Positions 36,576 to 50,048 of a stretch of DNA of 64,000 bases are shown here, piece by piece. A program made the position numbers and the translations under genes. Source of the stretch: Nemertoderma westbladi (taxonomy: Eukaryota > Animalia > Xenacoelomorpha); the NCBI GenBank assembly GCA_032718475.1, contig JAUCBJ010002471.1, positions 15,719-79,718 of the forward strand, read 5' to 3'. The notes below the pieces were generated by a model. It worked only from the letters and a program-made list of their open reading frames with translations. It did no database searches and was not told where the DNA came from. Numbering within the stretch: the stretch's first letter is position 1; every line of letters starts with the position of its first letter.

Positions 36576-37380
36576 GTTTTTCACTTTTCGGTCGATATAT
36601 TAAATACCCTATTATATTATATATGAAGAATTTGTATTTGTTTTAAAAATATGGTGTATTTATTAAATAGAATAAAATAACCTAGCGCTGATTCAAAACC
36701 ATGCAACTTTTGAACGCCCGCCTCAGCTATTTTTCAACGAAATTAAAATTGTGTTACATATTTGGAATCCTTGCATGGCTAGCTTTCTAGCAGTACCAAC
36801 AAACAGCTACTGTATAAGGTAGAATAATAACTGCGGTAGGACTGGTGCAATATCGACGGAGATCCGTTTTTTAAACGCTTGTAGCTAAAGATTGAAAGCA
36901 AAAATAAAAATTCTGGCTCACCCAGTAAGTAGACGTAATTGGCGGGTTGTGGTGTTTTAGTAACAATAGTAACATGAGCATGTTATAAGCAAAGTAATCC
37001 AGTAAGAATGTGTTGGCAAGGTCGAAACGCGTACGTGGTTTGGAGAGATATGAGATATTAATTTCAAGAAAATCACGTGATTCCTAAATTTGTACACTAC
37101 CCGGTTAAAAAAGTACGCATGTGATGGGATTAGTCCTACAATTGCGCCAATAAAAGATAAGTTATTTTCGGTAAAATAAACTATCATTCGAGGTTAAGAC
37201 CCCTAGATCCCTTCCTATAATAAAGTAATCCAGGGTTTAACCGTGCCAACCTGTTTCGTATGGCAGCTAGTGCTATTAAGTAAACTGACCTTTCAATTAT
37301 ATTGGAAGTGTAAATAAGGTTACTTACTAATTTCACTGCTACAGCATATCCTTTAATACTGTATAATGTCGTTATTCTAG

Positions 37381-37700
37381 TACATCCCCCCCCCCCTAAT
37401 TTTTCTACAAATCTTAATGAGATTGCATGAAATTTGAAACAGAGTTAGTTTCATCTCCCTCCTCCTTGCTGGGTGAGCCAGAATTTATATTTTTGCATTC
37501 GTTCTGTAGCTAAAAGCGTTTAAAAAAGGTGTCTCCGTCAATATTGCACCAGTTACACTGCACGCACAATTCTTCAACCTCATAGCAATGGACTACTGCC
37601 ACTAAGGAGGGGGCAGATGAAACTCTGTTTCCAATTTCATGCAATCTCATTAAGATTTGTAAAACAATTTGGGGGTGGGGGGAGGGGGTGGTGGCATGTA
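37381..37700. mobile_element. Short foldback MITE, an internally deleted derivative of the foldback family
   Basis: TACATCCCCC...ACAAATCTTAATGAGATTGCATGAAATTTGAAACAGAG is inverted at CTCTGTTTCCAATTTCATGCAATCTCATTAAGATTTGT...GGGGG..CATGTA. Confidence 0.7.
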
Positions 37701-38175
37701 CCAAAATAACGATACTTACTGTACTATATATTCCAGGACATGGTGTATTATGGGATAGCCAGTAATCACCAAGCAACATGACCTTCCAATAAACTCTGAA
37801 ACTCTAACACTACTGCTGTGTTATGGTTAGTCAGAATTCTTCAAGTATCAATCTTATTTGGGTGTAAACGCTTGCCGACACTGTGCCGACAATGTCGGCA
37901 AAAGGTTTCCAAAAGGTTTTCAAAAGGTTGTATGCCGACAGGGTACAGATAATGTGCTGAGTGTCGGAATTACGTTGTCCCGATATTGTCGGCGTTTCTA
38001 TTACAGGACATGGTGGAACCGTATCAATAATAATAATACCTAATAAATATCAATATTACAGTACACCGACGCCTTAAGCTTGCGCGCTTTTGCGTAGTGG
38101 ACCCCTACGTTTGACTCTCAGTATTATGGATGGTATCCCGGTTTGAGGGTGTCTGACATCCCAGAGCGGTAATCC

Positions 38176-38603
38176 GGTTCGCAGCAAACTTCGCCCGCGT
38201 GAAAGCTTCCCCAGCGTCCAATATTTGCCCGCAGCAATCTTCGTCCGTTGGAAACCTTTGCCCGCAGGCAATCTTCGCCCATTAAACAATTATTGTTTTG
38301 GTTAGTCTCTCTAACCTACTCCTTTACCTCAATTGGTATCAACATCGTTTATTGTTTAGGTTAGAAAATGCCGTCTGTGTAACCCCTTATCCTTTCCCTC
38401 AATTGGTAACAACATCGTTTTATTGTTTTGGTTAGAAAAAGCCGTATCTGTATGTGTGGCCTGATCCTTTCCCTCAATTTGTAATTAAAATTGTTACTAA
38501 CACAAATCTTAATGGGCGAAGGTTGCTCGCGGGCGAAGATTGTCTTGCGGGCGAAGTTTGCCCCAGGGCGAAGGATGGACGCGGGCGAAGATTGGACCCA
38601 TCC
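38176..38603. mobile_element. MULE-like MITE with (CTTCGCCCGC)-type subterminal repeats
   Basis: Inverted arrays at 38185-38285 and 38510-38592. Flanking direct repeat GTAATCC at 38169-38175 and 38604-38610. Confidence 0.7.
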
Positions 38604-38647
38604 GTAATCCTGTAGTTATAATGTAGTAGCTTATTTGTGTATTGTTA

Positions 38648-38661
38648 GTTGCCATGGTTAC
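38648..38661. promoter_or_regulatory. RFX X-box upstream of IFT54
   Basis: GTTGCCATGGTTAC (reverse strand GTAACCATGGCAAC) fits RTHNYY-WT-RRNRAC. It lies ~770 bp 5' of the IFT54 ATG. Confidence 0.7.
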
Positions 38662-39430
38662 ATGTAAATAGCATGGACAGCGCAATGTATTTTTGTTAGT
38701 TTGTGATAATGTCAGTCTACCGGTACCTCTTCTGCATACTGCTGTACTGGTGTTGTTGTACTGCTGTACTGAGCGTGCTGAACTATACCAGTATACTGGC
38801 ACTGGCCTGGCATACTGGCATAACTACTGTATAGTGCATACCATCACCATCTGCCATCACCGGTGCATTTCCCCAGTATATAAACAGATAACTGTCTGAC
38901 TGTGTGTGGCGTACGTAGGCCATGCTGCCGTGGGCGTACCCGGACTCCGGACTACTGGACTAACTAACAGTCGCTTGTCTGTCTGTCGCCGAGGGAGTTA
39001 CCGTGCAGCCGTGCGTATAATTAATTATCCTGTTATTGGATTATACACTACCTGACTGCAGCACTGAGTATACAGTATAGTACGGTCCGGTCAGAGGTCA
39101 GATGGTATAAACCTAGGTCTTTTTGCGTGTATGACAGTGTACTGTGTACAGGCTGACAGGTGTAGTGTAAGCAGTAAGTGTAGGCAGTAGTGTGGAGGTG
39201 GAGGACAATTAACAAATTATTAGGTAATTCTGTAATTATTACTGTATTAGGCTGTATTTATTTTAGCTAACTACTGAACTATTCCCTACTGGCTGACTGG
39301 TACACGGTACCTTCTCTCAAATTGGTCGATATACCACGCTGCCACGTGTATACTAGGTGCTAGCTAGGTGCTAGGGTACATGGTATTTGGAGGCACCGGG
39401 TTCGGGGCCCTAAACATCACATACAACATC

Positions 39431-40888
39431 ATGGCTACAATTGATCCGAAGATACTGAAAAAGACGCAGGATTTATTAAAGCCGTACGTTAAGAAACCAC
39501 CGCTAACAGATAAATTGTTGAGTAAGCCACCTTTTAGATTTCTCCATGACATCATCACCGCTGTAATCAACCAACATGGTTTCTTCGAAGGGCTTTACCT
39601 CGGCGACCAACTCCAGTCAGCCAACGTCACAGAAAAGGACGCGAAGATCGACTTCCTACAGAAAGCAATCCGGGTAACCGAGATAGTCTCAGGGGACAAA
39701 CTCTCCACAGTCAGTCCGGCAAAAATAGTTTCTGGTAAAGAGCCGGAGAAAACAAACGAGTGGTTGCAATCACTCGGGAAGTCCTTGAAGAAAGGGTTGA
39801 AGAGTAGCAGCGCCGTGGAGACCGTGCTGAAGGGCGGAAAAGGTAAACCGGGTAAACAATCGAGTGGAGGGTCGAGTAAACGTGAAGGTAAACCGTCGTC
39901 GGCCGGAACGGGGGAGGTGCCCGCAGCCCCGGAACGCCCAGCGGCGGAACCAGAAGCTCCGATGGTGGAACCGCAGCCCCCGGTTGCGGTGGACACTGAG
40001 CCTCCGGTGATGGGGGAACCGGAGCCTCCAGCGGTTGTCGTGTCACCGGAGGGGCGTCAGATGGAGGAGCTGGAGGAGCCGGCGCCCCGGATGGCGCGTC
40101 CGACATCGGCAAAGGGGCCACGGAGGAAACCGAGTGCGGACGATATCGCCGCGGTGACAATCCGACAACCAGAGAGCGAGCCAACGCGACTCGCCGGCTC
40201 CCGACCGCCCTCATCGCGCCCCGGAGCGCCCAGGGCTCGGAAGTCCGCCGATGACTTGGGCGTTGATCAGTCCAGCGCCCTCGACGCTCAGGGCACCGCC
40301 CCCAGCGGGCTGATAATCGACCGGAACGAACCGGATTCCGACGACGATAACTTTATCGTTCAGGATCGCCCGGAACTTCCGGACGACGATATTCCGTCGA
40401 TGACCGGCGGCGAGGATCTCGACGACGCAACGGACCACGGTGGGCTGGTCCGGAAGATTCTCGAAACAAAGAAAGAGTTGGAGGGTTCGAAACAACCGGA
40501 TAAACCGTTGGTTAATGAGGCGCACCGGAGGAAGGAACGCGAGATGGTTAAACGGGAGATCGATAAACTGCAGACGGCGATCCAGACACTGTGTCGGTCC
40601 GCGAACCCGTTGGGGAAGGTTATCGATTACCTTCAGGAAGATGTCGATTCCATGCTGAAGGAACTGGAGGACTGGAAGGCTGAGAACCACGAGACGGGAT
40701 TGGCGTTGCGAAGGGAACAGGGGGTTACAGACTCTCAGATCGAACCGCTGCAGCAGGAGTTGGAGAACCTCGACATCGAGATCTCCAGACAACTCGAGCT
40801 CATCTCCGCGGCTAAAGCTAATATATTGCGCAATGACGAGCGAATAGAAAAGATGATTAGCAGTATTAGCTTCTCGGCGAAAGCATAA
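39431..40888 (+). CDS. TRAF3IP1: Intraflagellar transport protein 54 (TRAF3IP1/MIP-T3), single coding exon
   Basis: N-terminal CH-like domain KKTQDLL...KKPPLTDKLLSKPPFRFLHDIITAVI..., AKIDFLQKAI, PAKIVSGKEPEKTNEWLQ. Central RPTSAKG/RPPSSRPGAPR. C-terminal HGGLVRKILETKKE and IQTLCRSANPLGKVIDYLQEDVDSM coiled coil. First ATG at 39431. Confidence 0.96.
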   Translation: MATIDPKILKKTQDLLKPYVKKPPLTDKLLSKPPFRFLHDIITAVINQHGFFEGLYLGDQLQSANVTEKDAKIDFLQKAIRVTEIVSGDKLSTVSPAKIVSGKEPEKTNEWLQSLGKSLKKGLKSSSAVETVLKGGKGKPGKQSSGGSSKREGKPSSAGTGEVPAAPERPAAEPEAPMVEPQPPVAVDTEPPVMGEPEPPAVVVSPEGRQMEELEEPAPRMARPTSAKGPRRKPSADDIAAVTIRQPESEPTRLAGSRPPSSRPGAPRARKSADDLGVDQSSALDAQGTAPSGLIIDRNEPDSDDDNFIVQDRPELPDDDIPSMTGGEDLDDATDHGGLVRKILETKKELEGSKQPDKPLVNEAHRRKEREMVKREIDKLQTAIQTLCRSANPLGKVIDYLQEDVDSMLKELEDWKAENHETGLALRREQGVTDSQIEPLQQELENLDIEISRQLELISAAKANILRNDERIEKMISSISFSAKA

Positions 40889-42100
40889 ATATTGGCTCCC
40901 AACCTAAACTGCGCTCACTAATTATCTCACTATTTCGGCCTCTATATTCGTAACTGTGACTTTCGTTTCAATAATTCATAACTTTAGCACCGTTTCAACT
41001 TAGATGCTCAAAATAAATCAGTATCGACTACGTTTAGACGTAAAATACAAAATTTCACACAAATTGGTATGTCACAAATTTATTATTGTAATAATCTATA
41101 TCGTATTGTATTTGAATTTTAGTATGTCTCGTTTTCGTGGCTAATTTCAAAGTATTAGACTGGTTATCAGAGCAAACCAACAGTATAGCCAAATATACTA
41201 ATCAAAGTTAGTAACTATCAGTTTAATTATTTAAGTATAATTTAAGTATTCTATTTTTGTGTTTTTATATAACGCAATTTGTATTATTCATTAAGAATAT
41301 TACATATCGACTAGTTATTTAATTAGAATATATTGTAAATAATTCCTACATCCATTGTTGCACTGTAAATAACAAAATGTAAGTAACAATTAATAGTCGT
41401 CGTTAATAATAACATCTGTAAATATTGTTGAAGTCTTTCAAATATAATCACATTATTCGCGAAATGTTAACTGTGCCGTGTGTTTGCATTTTATCTGTTT
41501 TGTAAAGTAATTGTTATTATTAATTATTCGTATTATTCCATGAGTACTAAATAAATAGTAAGTACACAAGTACACCTTTACAGCCAAAATAATTCAGTGC
41601 ACCTGTATTATTGCTACTAGGCCCTACATAGCGAAAAATACACAGATGTCGGCGGAATACACTTGACGCCTTTGGCGCAACTGGCCAAAAAATGTAATCG
41701 CAATCTTAATGGAAGATAATTGCCGATTACGACCAAAAGATGAAACTCACTGACATCCGTTTATTGTTTTGTTAGAATAACGTGCTCCTTTTACTTAATT
41801 TTTAGTCAAAATAGTTAATAGGCTGAAAACGAGATATTAATTTACCGAGAATAAATTGCTCATTGATCCCCGGTTGCTCATTGGAATCATCAAAAACATT
41901 AATTCGGGAATTAATGAAAACTATTAATTCTTCATTATTCATCTTAACATTAATTGTAGTAGTAGAATGGTTTGGTACCTATTAAGGATTTGCGGGTTCT
42001 AGTCGGAGCCGGAACTGGAATTCAAAATGCCGGAATATTCCGACCGGAACCGGAATAGATATGTATATTTGGATAGTCTACATATCTAAGATATTTGTAT

Positions 42101-42330
42101 CTTCGTATGCCTTGTGTGGGGCGAGCGACGAAAGTAAGCGAGCTTAGCATACAGGTACCACTAACTCAATCGGTGTGTCTGTTGCTCTGTTGTGTCCAAT
42201 TTTAAACGTTAATAACTCAGCCAAATGTTAATGAAATTTAACCAAACTTGGTACTTATGTAGTCTGGCAAAAGTTTAGAAATTTTCCAAGTTGAATTTGC
42301 GTGGGATCTTCGTGCAGCATCTGTGTAACT
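42101..42330 (+). mobile_element. Helentron/DINE-like non-autonomous element 5' region
   Basis: GTATGC...GCGAGCGACGAAAGTAAGCGAGC..GCATAC inverted motif, then GTGTCTGT microsatellite and AATAACTCAGCC..GAAATTTAACCAAACTTGG. The 3' end was not located. Confidence 0.4.
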
Positions 42331-45129
42331 GTCTTGCAGTTATAATAAATTTATTTATCCAAAAATTATTAGGCTTGGCATCAGCTGGTTGCTGGGAGAC
42401 TGCAGGATATCAAGTGGGTTTGAAATTCAGCAATACCGGTACAATGCAGCAATTAATAATGTGGCCTTGGAAAGTGTGGTAGGCCTATTTCACTTTCTTC
42501 AGCCATTCCAGCATTCCCAGGTTGCAGAGTATTCAGTTATTCGCGACTATTCAGCCATATCATGTACCGGTAGGCCTACGGTACCTTAATCTTATTAAAC
42601 ATATGTTTTGCAGTACGGTACTCATACTGTTACAGTGGTACCGAGTTACCGGTACCGTCTTCAGGGCGTTGACGCCACCCACCAATCGGCTCCATGCAGC
42701 CATGGAAGTTTTGAAATTATGCGGACTTAAGACTGACTGCATATTGCCAGGTTGTACCAGTTGACCTTTATTCCATGTTCCGGTATCCACTACTGCAGCA
42801 GATGATACCCAGCAACGTTTTGGAATTGTACCGGTACTCAAACAACTCGCCATCAAGGCCACCGTCTCTGTCTGTCGCAGTGTCGTTGGCGACCTCAACT
42901 TTAGGTAGGCCTACCGCTACTACGCTAGCGCTACGGGCAAACTGTACTAACCGATGAGCGAGACCCGATGACTGAAGAATGCATTGAATTTTTTAAGTAG
43001 TTTGGCTGTGGACTTCTATGACATCGATGCCAAGCTGCCGATGCGAAAGTTATAAGTAAAAGTTTGGTTAAATTTTCTTAATTATTTATTTAAATTTCTT
43101 AAGTACCGATTTTTGGATAGAATTGCTCAATTGTAATCTGTATCTAATAACTGACCCTCGTCCTGCGCACTGGCCCCACGAACGTGTCTTTATCTGCGGA
43201 GCGAAGCTGGTTACGAAGCGGGAGACTGGGAGAGCCTTACCGAAGAATAATGTTACTTTCTATCTTTACATACTGTACTTTACATTTTTACATTGCAATA
43301 ATTATTTAATGTCACATTACAATTACCGTTCTAGTACGCCTATAAAAAAGAGTTACTAAAGATACAAGAAAAAATGGTCAATGTTGATCCTTAACATACA
43401 TAGTACCCCACTATACCCCATGGTCTTGTAGAATATTATTATTTATTTATTTATTTGGTATAAACTAATATTCCAGAAGTCCATGAATACCCCTTCCCCA
43501 CTTAAATTTTCAATAAATATTAATGAGATTGTATGAAATTTGAAACAGATATAGACAGTTAAAACAACACATACCGCACTTATTCGAAGCAAAAGAACCC
43601 ACACCACACAATGGAATGTAAGGCAACTCCTGTAAATTATAAACGAATCAAAAGAAGCCAAATTATTCTGGAATATGTATTTAAGTTAGCGGTAAAGTTG
43701 ATTAATATGAACTATAATAATATGAATGATATGAACTAATAAGTACTTCCAGACGCGATGTAAGTGGTAATGTAGTAATGTAAGATTACCGGAAAACAAG
43801 TCATCGAAAATGATCCTTTAGTCATAATCTATTTTATTTTCAAATAATGTTAGCATTGAATCAAACCTATATTAATATTAATATAATTACTTATTTTAAA
43901 ATTAGTTTTAACGGAGTAGGCCTACAGTAGGGCTATTTATAGAAATTACAATTTAAATCACATGTGCTCAATTGTGAATTCAAATCAATTGTGAATTGGA
44001 GTATGTTGATAACTTGGAGTTTACAGAGTTAAATTATATTCCATCATCTAGTTCTAGTGACGATGAAGATGATCCTAGTCCAAATTTGTCTAGGCCCTAG
44101 ACTCTAGGGATGATGTCATTCCAGTCAATAGCACTGACGTCGTAGGGAATATGAAGTAGCCTTGCAAGGGGCGACAAATATACAACAGAGCAGCATGGAA
44201 ATGTTATGCACTTAAGTCCGTTCGCGACATTTAAATATATATCATACTATACCAAGAAAAACACCATTCAATAGTCGAGGAATGATGTGAGTTGTTCTGT
44301 TTCTGTGATAAAATCCTAGAGGTAAAACAACACACACAGACTAGAGTTAATGTTAAATTTCAGTATGTGTTGTTTTGCCTCTTTGGAAAATAACGAAATA
44401 AACAGTTTTTTTCATTAACAAAAATTATTCTGAATGGTAGCCACTATTCTATAATTTATCATTGTTTCTTCCCAGACCTCTGCGAAAAAATTAGGAGACG
44501 GGATCCACATAGAGGGAAATGAGAATGTTTTTTGAATTTTTCTCGAAACCACATTTTTTGGTGAATGTTGTTCCGGTCTCAAGAGGTCACGATATATAAG
44601 TTGCTCGTTAACTTTTCGCTAAGTCCATAAGCAGCTCATGTGTAGGTTTGTAGGCCTACTGTAATTTGCTGGCCCTGGACCCTGGTCTTTGCTGATTCCA
44701 CAGGATGAGCTTTTGTACAGGTTCATTGAGTATGCGAAGACGCTGTTCAGTAAGTTCGGACAACGCCTCTTCCTTGGATTCTAGGCTGGAATCGATATCA
44801 TTGTACCGGAACTCCACCGAAGATCTCATGATAATTGTATTCAGGTCAATGTTGAAGGAAAGTCTGACACGAAGTCACGCGTTATAATTATCTTAATTAC
44901 CTGTACAATTGGACAGCTCAAAATTCCTGGAAATTCGACGCAAATAACAGGAACAGCTGATTACTCCCAAAAACAAAACTGTAACTGTAACTGTAACTAT
45001 TGACTTTCGTATAATGTTTTTGTTAGAATAATGTGCCTATCGTGCCATTATTGGCTGGATCGCAGAGGTCCACCAGCATTGCAAGTCTTAGGAAAATTAA
45101 AGGTCAGTTGCCGCTCAAAACGAAAATCC

Positions 45130-46095
45130 AATTATAATAAAACCTTTGTTCTCCCTTACCATCATTATTGCTGTCAATTCCTAATATCTCACCATAATGT
45201 TCATGGATTTAAAGACATATTATATAAATTAGATAAAATTCAGAATTACGGTCTACGATGTACCTTTAATAAACGATGCAAAGACGTAACGGCAACTGAC
45301 CTCAGAACCAAATCGAAAATACCCCTACTATCTGCTTTCCGTGAATATTACGGTCTCCTATTTTTCTATAAATATATCTACAATATATCTGCCCCTTTTA
45401 AAAAATCTTGATCTCCCACTGCTCCCAAGAAACACCCAGATCTTAAATAGACGCACATACAAAATCCGCTTACCTAGATGCCACAACCAATTTGGACATT
45501 ACAGTCTCACTACACAGCTACTTAAACTATGGAACAAACTACCCATTCATATTAGACAAACAAACACTTTACAACATTTTAAACTTAAATTAAAGGGTCT
45601 ATTACTCAAAAGATTTACTCGCGAGGAGGTCACATAGAGGAAGCTCAATTACCACACCTCTAACACCATTTACTTTTCCCGTATACAGTATTACACTACT
45701 CAAGTTGCATGGCCCTTACGTATGTGTGTAAACTGTTTGTGTTTGTGTGGTATGTATGTATTCTAATATTAGGTGGGGGGGGGGGGGGGGGGGGGGGGGG
45801 GGTGCGTGGTGAGGAGCGGGAGGAGGCGTATAATTTTAGCTACGTGGTGTATGGATTGGGATTGCTTGTTCAAATTTTTTATATTTTAATTATTTACCGG
45901 TTATGTATGTAGACATTTACTAATATCGTCGCGTACTTAAGCGATGATATAGTGTTTAATTTTGCTGGTTACCGGTGAAATACTGTAGACACCTTTACAT
46001 ATAATTTCCTTAATTATAAGTCCCTACCTTGTGTAGAGACTTCCCCATTCGTGCAATCACTATGGGTACCAAAGGAATAATAATAATAATAAAAA
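45130..46095 (+). mobile_element. L2/CR1-group LINE 3' fragment with (TAA)n tail
   Basis: YCCQFL...KLDKIQNYGLR...LLFFYK and LPRCHNQFG..SL....LKLWNKLPIHIRQTNTLQHFKLKLK, followed by CCAAAGGAATAATAATAATAAT. Confidence 0.75.
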
Positions 46096-47049
46096 AAAAG
46101 TCGGTTGAAATTATTCAATTATGTTGCCAATACATTCATGTATTATATGATACCGTATGCGGAAAGGGGTAATTTATAAATTATTATATGATACCGTATG
46201 CGAAAAGGGGTAATTTATAAATTTAACAGTGAGATGAGCGACCTATTGATTTGCGTTCATCCCCCCAGCCACTATTGTCTCAATTTTTAAACACGAGTGT
46301 CCAAATTATTTCCATAAATATCACTCAGATTACAAAATGCTTTGATTGTAAAAGTTGCTCCACTTTTTTTATTAGCAGTTATCAATAAGTCATACCTGAT
46401 CGATTTTGCCTCTTCCCATCTCGTTGAAGCATATCATTCAAATTGTCCCAGAATAATCAAACTATTATACTCACAATTTTCCATTTCCATTTTTGTAAAT
46501 TTAACTCTAAAAGATACCATATTCAAACAATTACCTATTCCAATATTAAGCCTTTAAATACTTAACCTTACTTCGTCTGCTGAAGCACTTCTTGAATTGG
46601 AAAAATTCGAGAGGAAAGTTTTAAGGCATTTCAAACGCCTATCTGTTTAGTAGCCAATCTGTATTGATTAAAAACACCATGTGAACCTACCACACCCAGC
46701 TGTTAATATCGCCGGTGTGTTACCAATGACAGTTATAAGTATAGCAGAGCAACTGAGGGGATAATTAATTTCTGAAAAATTGAGTTCCAGTGTTTATAAC
46801 TCCATTGCAACGTTTTTAATTTGAGTTACTAATTTAGAAAATTCCGTTTCGAACTACAATGTCTTCAAAAAAAACGTGCTGTCATAAACATTCTTTCTTG
46901 TAAATTTTAGTAGACTGTTAACGACCACTCACAGTGAAAACTACAAGTTTTAATAAATGATTGCAAACAAGGCCAACAGAAATACACCATGTCGCACAAT
47001 ATACAGTGGTGTCGTAATTCAATGACACGATGACATTTTTCTATTTTGA

Positions 47050-47666
47050 CGCAGTTATTCTTCAACCTTATAGTGATTAGTTGGTACTAGTGGAAAGCTG
47101 GCCATGCCAAGGATTCCAAAGATGTAAACATATCTGAATTTGGTTGGGAAATAGCTGAAATATGGGCATTCGAATGTTCCAAGTATTTGCTTCCGCTGCG
47201 GGGCGTTTATTCTATTTAATAAATACACAATGTTCTAGAACATTTCAATTATGTATGTACTACAACTAGGAATATCCATATACTAGATTATCATGTAGGC
47301 ATTGCCTTGTTGCCAAGCTACTTATGAGATAAACAAAACGTTCTAGAACATTGTGTATTTATTAAATAGAATAAACACCCCGCAGCGGAAGCAAATACAT
47401 GCAACTTTCGAATGCCCATATCTCAGCTATTTCCCAACCAAATTCAAATATTTTTATATATTTGGAATCCTTTCATGGCCAGCTTTCCAATAGTACCAAC
47501 AAATCACAATAAGGTTGAAGAATAACTGCGGTGTAACTGGTGTATTATCGACGGAGACACTTTTTTAAACACTTGTAGCTATAGATTGAAAGCAAAAATA
47601 AAAATTCTGGCTCACCCAGACAGTGGTCGGGAGGTGAAACTATCTCTGTTTCAAACTTCATGCAAT
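47050..47666. mobile_element. Foldback element copy (palindrome arms 47050-47242 / 47340-47530), truncated by the adjacent LINE
   Basis: Arms are reverse complements. The right arm continues into AATAACTGCGG...CTGGCTCACCCAG...GTTTCAAACTTCATGCAAT, which is shared with the 36650-36925, 37381-37700 and 15070-15435 copies. Confidence 0.85.
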
Positions 47667-50048
47667 AGTGGTGGTGTCTGTACTTACATTCGATGTGATT
47701 TAGCTTTTAATCGTAGGGAAGATTTAGAGACTTGTGACGAAGTTTTATTGGTGGAACTTTTACTTCCTAAAACTAAACCTATTTTAATCGGTACTTTATA
47801 TCGGCCCCCTAAACAATCAGATTTTTTGCAAAATTTTGAAAATACAATTTTATGTAATCTTAGGTCAGACTGTGAAATATATTTCTTAGGTGATTTTAAT
47901 ATATGTTACCATCACAAAGCATCCCCCATCTGTAAACAGTACCAAAGTATTTTAAATTTGTTTGGTTTAAAACAAATTATTCGAGATTCTACCAGAATTA
48001 CCAGTAAAACTTCTACTTTACTAGATCACATCCTTTGTAATAATACCGATATTATTTCTCAATCTGGGGTTTTACCTATAGGTCTAAGCGATCATTTTAT
48101 AGTTTTTTGCACAAGATAGACACAAAAATCTTTTTTCGGGGATCATAAAACAGTAACAGTTAGGTCTATGAAAAATTACAGCAAGGAACGCTTTTTAAGT
48201 TTGTTAGTTAATTCTGACTGGGAACCCTGTTTTAAGGCCGCTGACATTAACCTTGCGTACACTGTTTTTAAAGATATATTTTTAAAGGCACTTAATACTG
48301 TAGCACCAATTAAAGAAATTAGTCTTAAACAACGCACTGAGCCCTGGATGACCTCGGGTATTCTTAGTAATATCAGAGACAGAGATAACTATTTGTATAA
48401 ATTTAGGAAATACCGTGTTTTAGCTGATTATAATAATTACTGCAAATATAGAAACCTTGTCCAACGGGAAATAAAAAAAGCTAAATCTGAATATTTGTAC
48501 AACAAAATAAGTGAGAATAAAGATAATCCAAAAAGTCTATGGTCTACCCTAAAATCTTTAGGTTATAAAAACCTTAAATCTAAATCGAATATTGTTCTGC
48601 AAGATAACGGTGAGCTGATTCATGATCATACTCTAGTTAGTAATTTACTTAATAATTATTTTACTAATGTTGCCTCTAATTTAGTTAAGAAATTACCGTT
48701 ATCAAGTAATAAATATAGTATAGGGTCCGAAACTCTAAATAATTTTTATTTAGAAAAGTTACAAAATTCAGAAAAGTTATTTTTAAAACCCGTTTCTGAG
48801 GATTTCGTTTTTAAAAATCTACTTAGCCTATCAGCCTCAAAAAGTACCGGTCTAGATCTAATACCTGCCCGTTTTCTTAAGGATGGTGCTGAAGTACTTA
48901 AAGTGCCTATTACTTTTATTATTAATTACTCTATCGCAGATAATGTAGTACCAGACGAACTGAAATTAGCTAAGGTTGTTCCTCTCTATGTGTTCCTCTG
49001 TTCCTCCTCCTGTGTAAGAAGGTAACTAAGTTTGAAGTCACTAGTAATGGACATAAGATTGAAAATAAAAAGGAAGTTAAATATTTAGGCGCCACATTGG
49101 ATAACTGCTTATCAGGAGAAAGTACAGTGAAAAATATTTTCTCGAAAGTTAACAGTAGGCTTAGGTTTCTATACAGAAATAAAAATAGTTTGAACACCGA
49201 CTCCCGCAAGTTACTTTGCTCTTCTTTAATACAGTGTCACATGGACTATGCGTGCTCTTCTTGGTATGAAGGCTTAACCAAACAGCTTAAATGTAAATTA
49301 CAAGTAGCTCAGAATAAAGTAGTACGATTTATTAAAGACTACAAACCTAGGCACCACCTAACTCCAGATGACTTTTCTGAATCTGGACTACTTAACTTAG
49401 ATAGTAGAGTTAAGCAGCTACGCCTTAACCATGTGCATAAAGTGTATAATGGTAAATGTCCCAATTACCTAAAACAAAAATTCAACAGAGTACGCGATAC
49501 ACACTCTTACAGTACCAGAGCTAGTGCTTCAAACTTCTACCTCCCGAATTGTAAATCCTTTGAATCTGATACTTTCTTTTTTAACGGCATAAAAAATTGG
49601 AACGCTCTGCCTAATGAAATTAAAAACCTAAATAATCAACATTCTTTTAAATCTGCAGTTAAATCTCATCTCCGTGTGCAATGTAAAAATAGGTACAATA
49701 GTCCTACAGTAAGTTATTAGCTTATTAATTATTTACTATTTATGCTGTAAATACGTTTTATAATAAATTGTTCTGTACATTACATCTTTATCGTTGAGTC
49801 GGACATTGTCACGCTCTCGGTAAAGTTGTACATGTACATAGTGTAATTACATTTTATATTGGTTTTAGGTTAGCGTAGTGTAATATTGTATTTGTAACCA
49901 AGTAACATAAAGGACCCCCTTGGAAATAAGCTGCAAAGCTTTAGGGGTAATCCTATATGTTATGTTGGACAATACCTTTATACCGGTACATTGTTTGGTG
50001 TATTTGTTATTGTTTTTACATAATGTATAAATAAATCTATCTATCTAT
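47667..50048 (+). mobile_element. CR1-group (Crack/L2-like) LINE, 5'-truncated, RT core deleted
   Basis: APE endonuclease GGVCTYIR...GTLYRPP...GDFNI...TRIT....LLDHI...SDH, linker EPWMT...NPKSLW...KSTGLD.IPARFLKD...KLAKVVPL, jump to KYLG..LD...LIQCHMDYACSSW...WNALP. 3' UTR GGACCCCCTTGGAAATAAG and tail AATAAATCTATCTATCTAT. Confidence 0.92.

Noticed and set aside
44620-44930. Possible LINE ORF1 coiled-coil fragment on the minus strand
   Set aside because: Short, contains stops and has no diagnostic motif.
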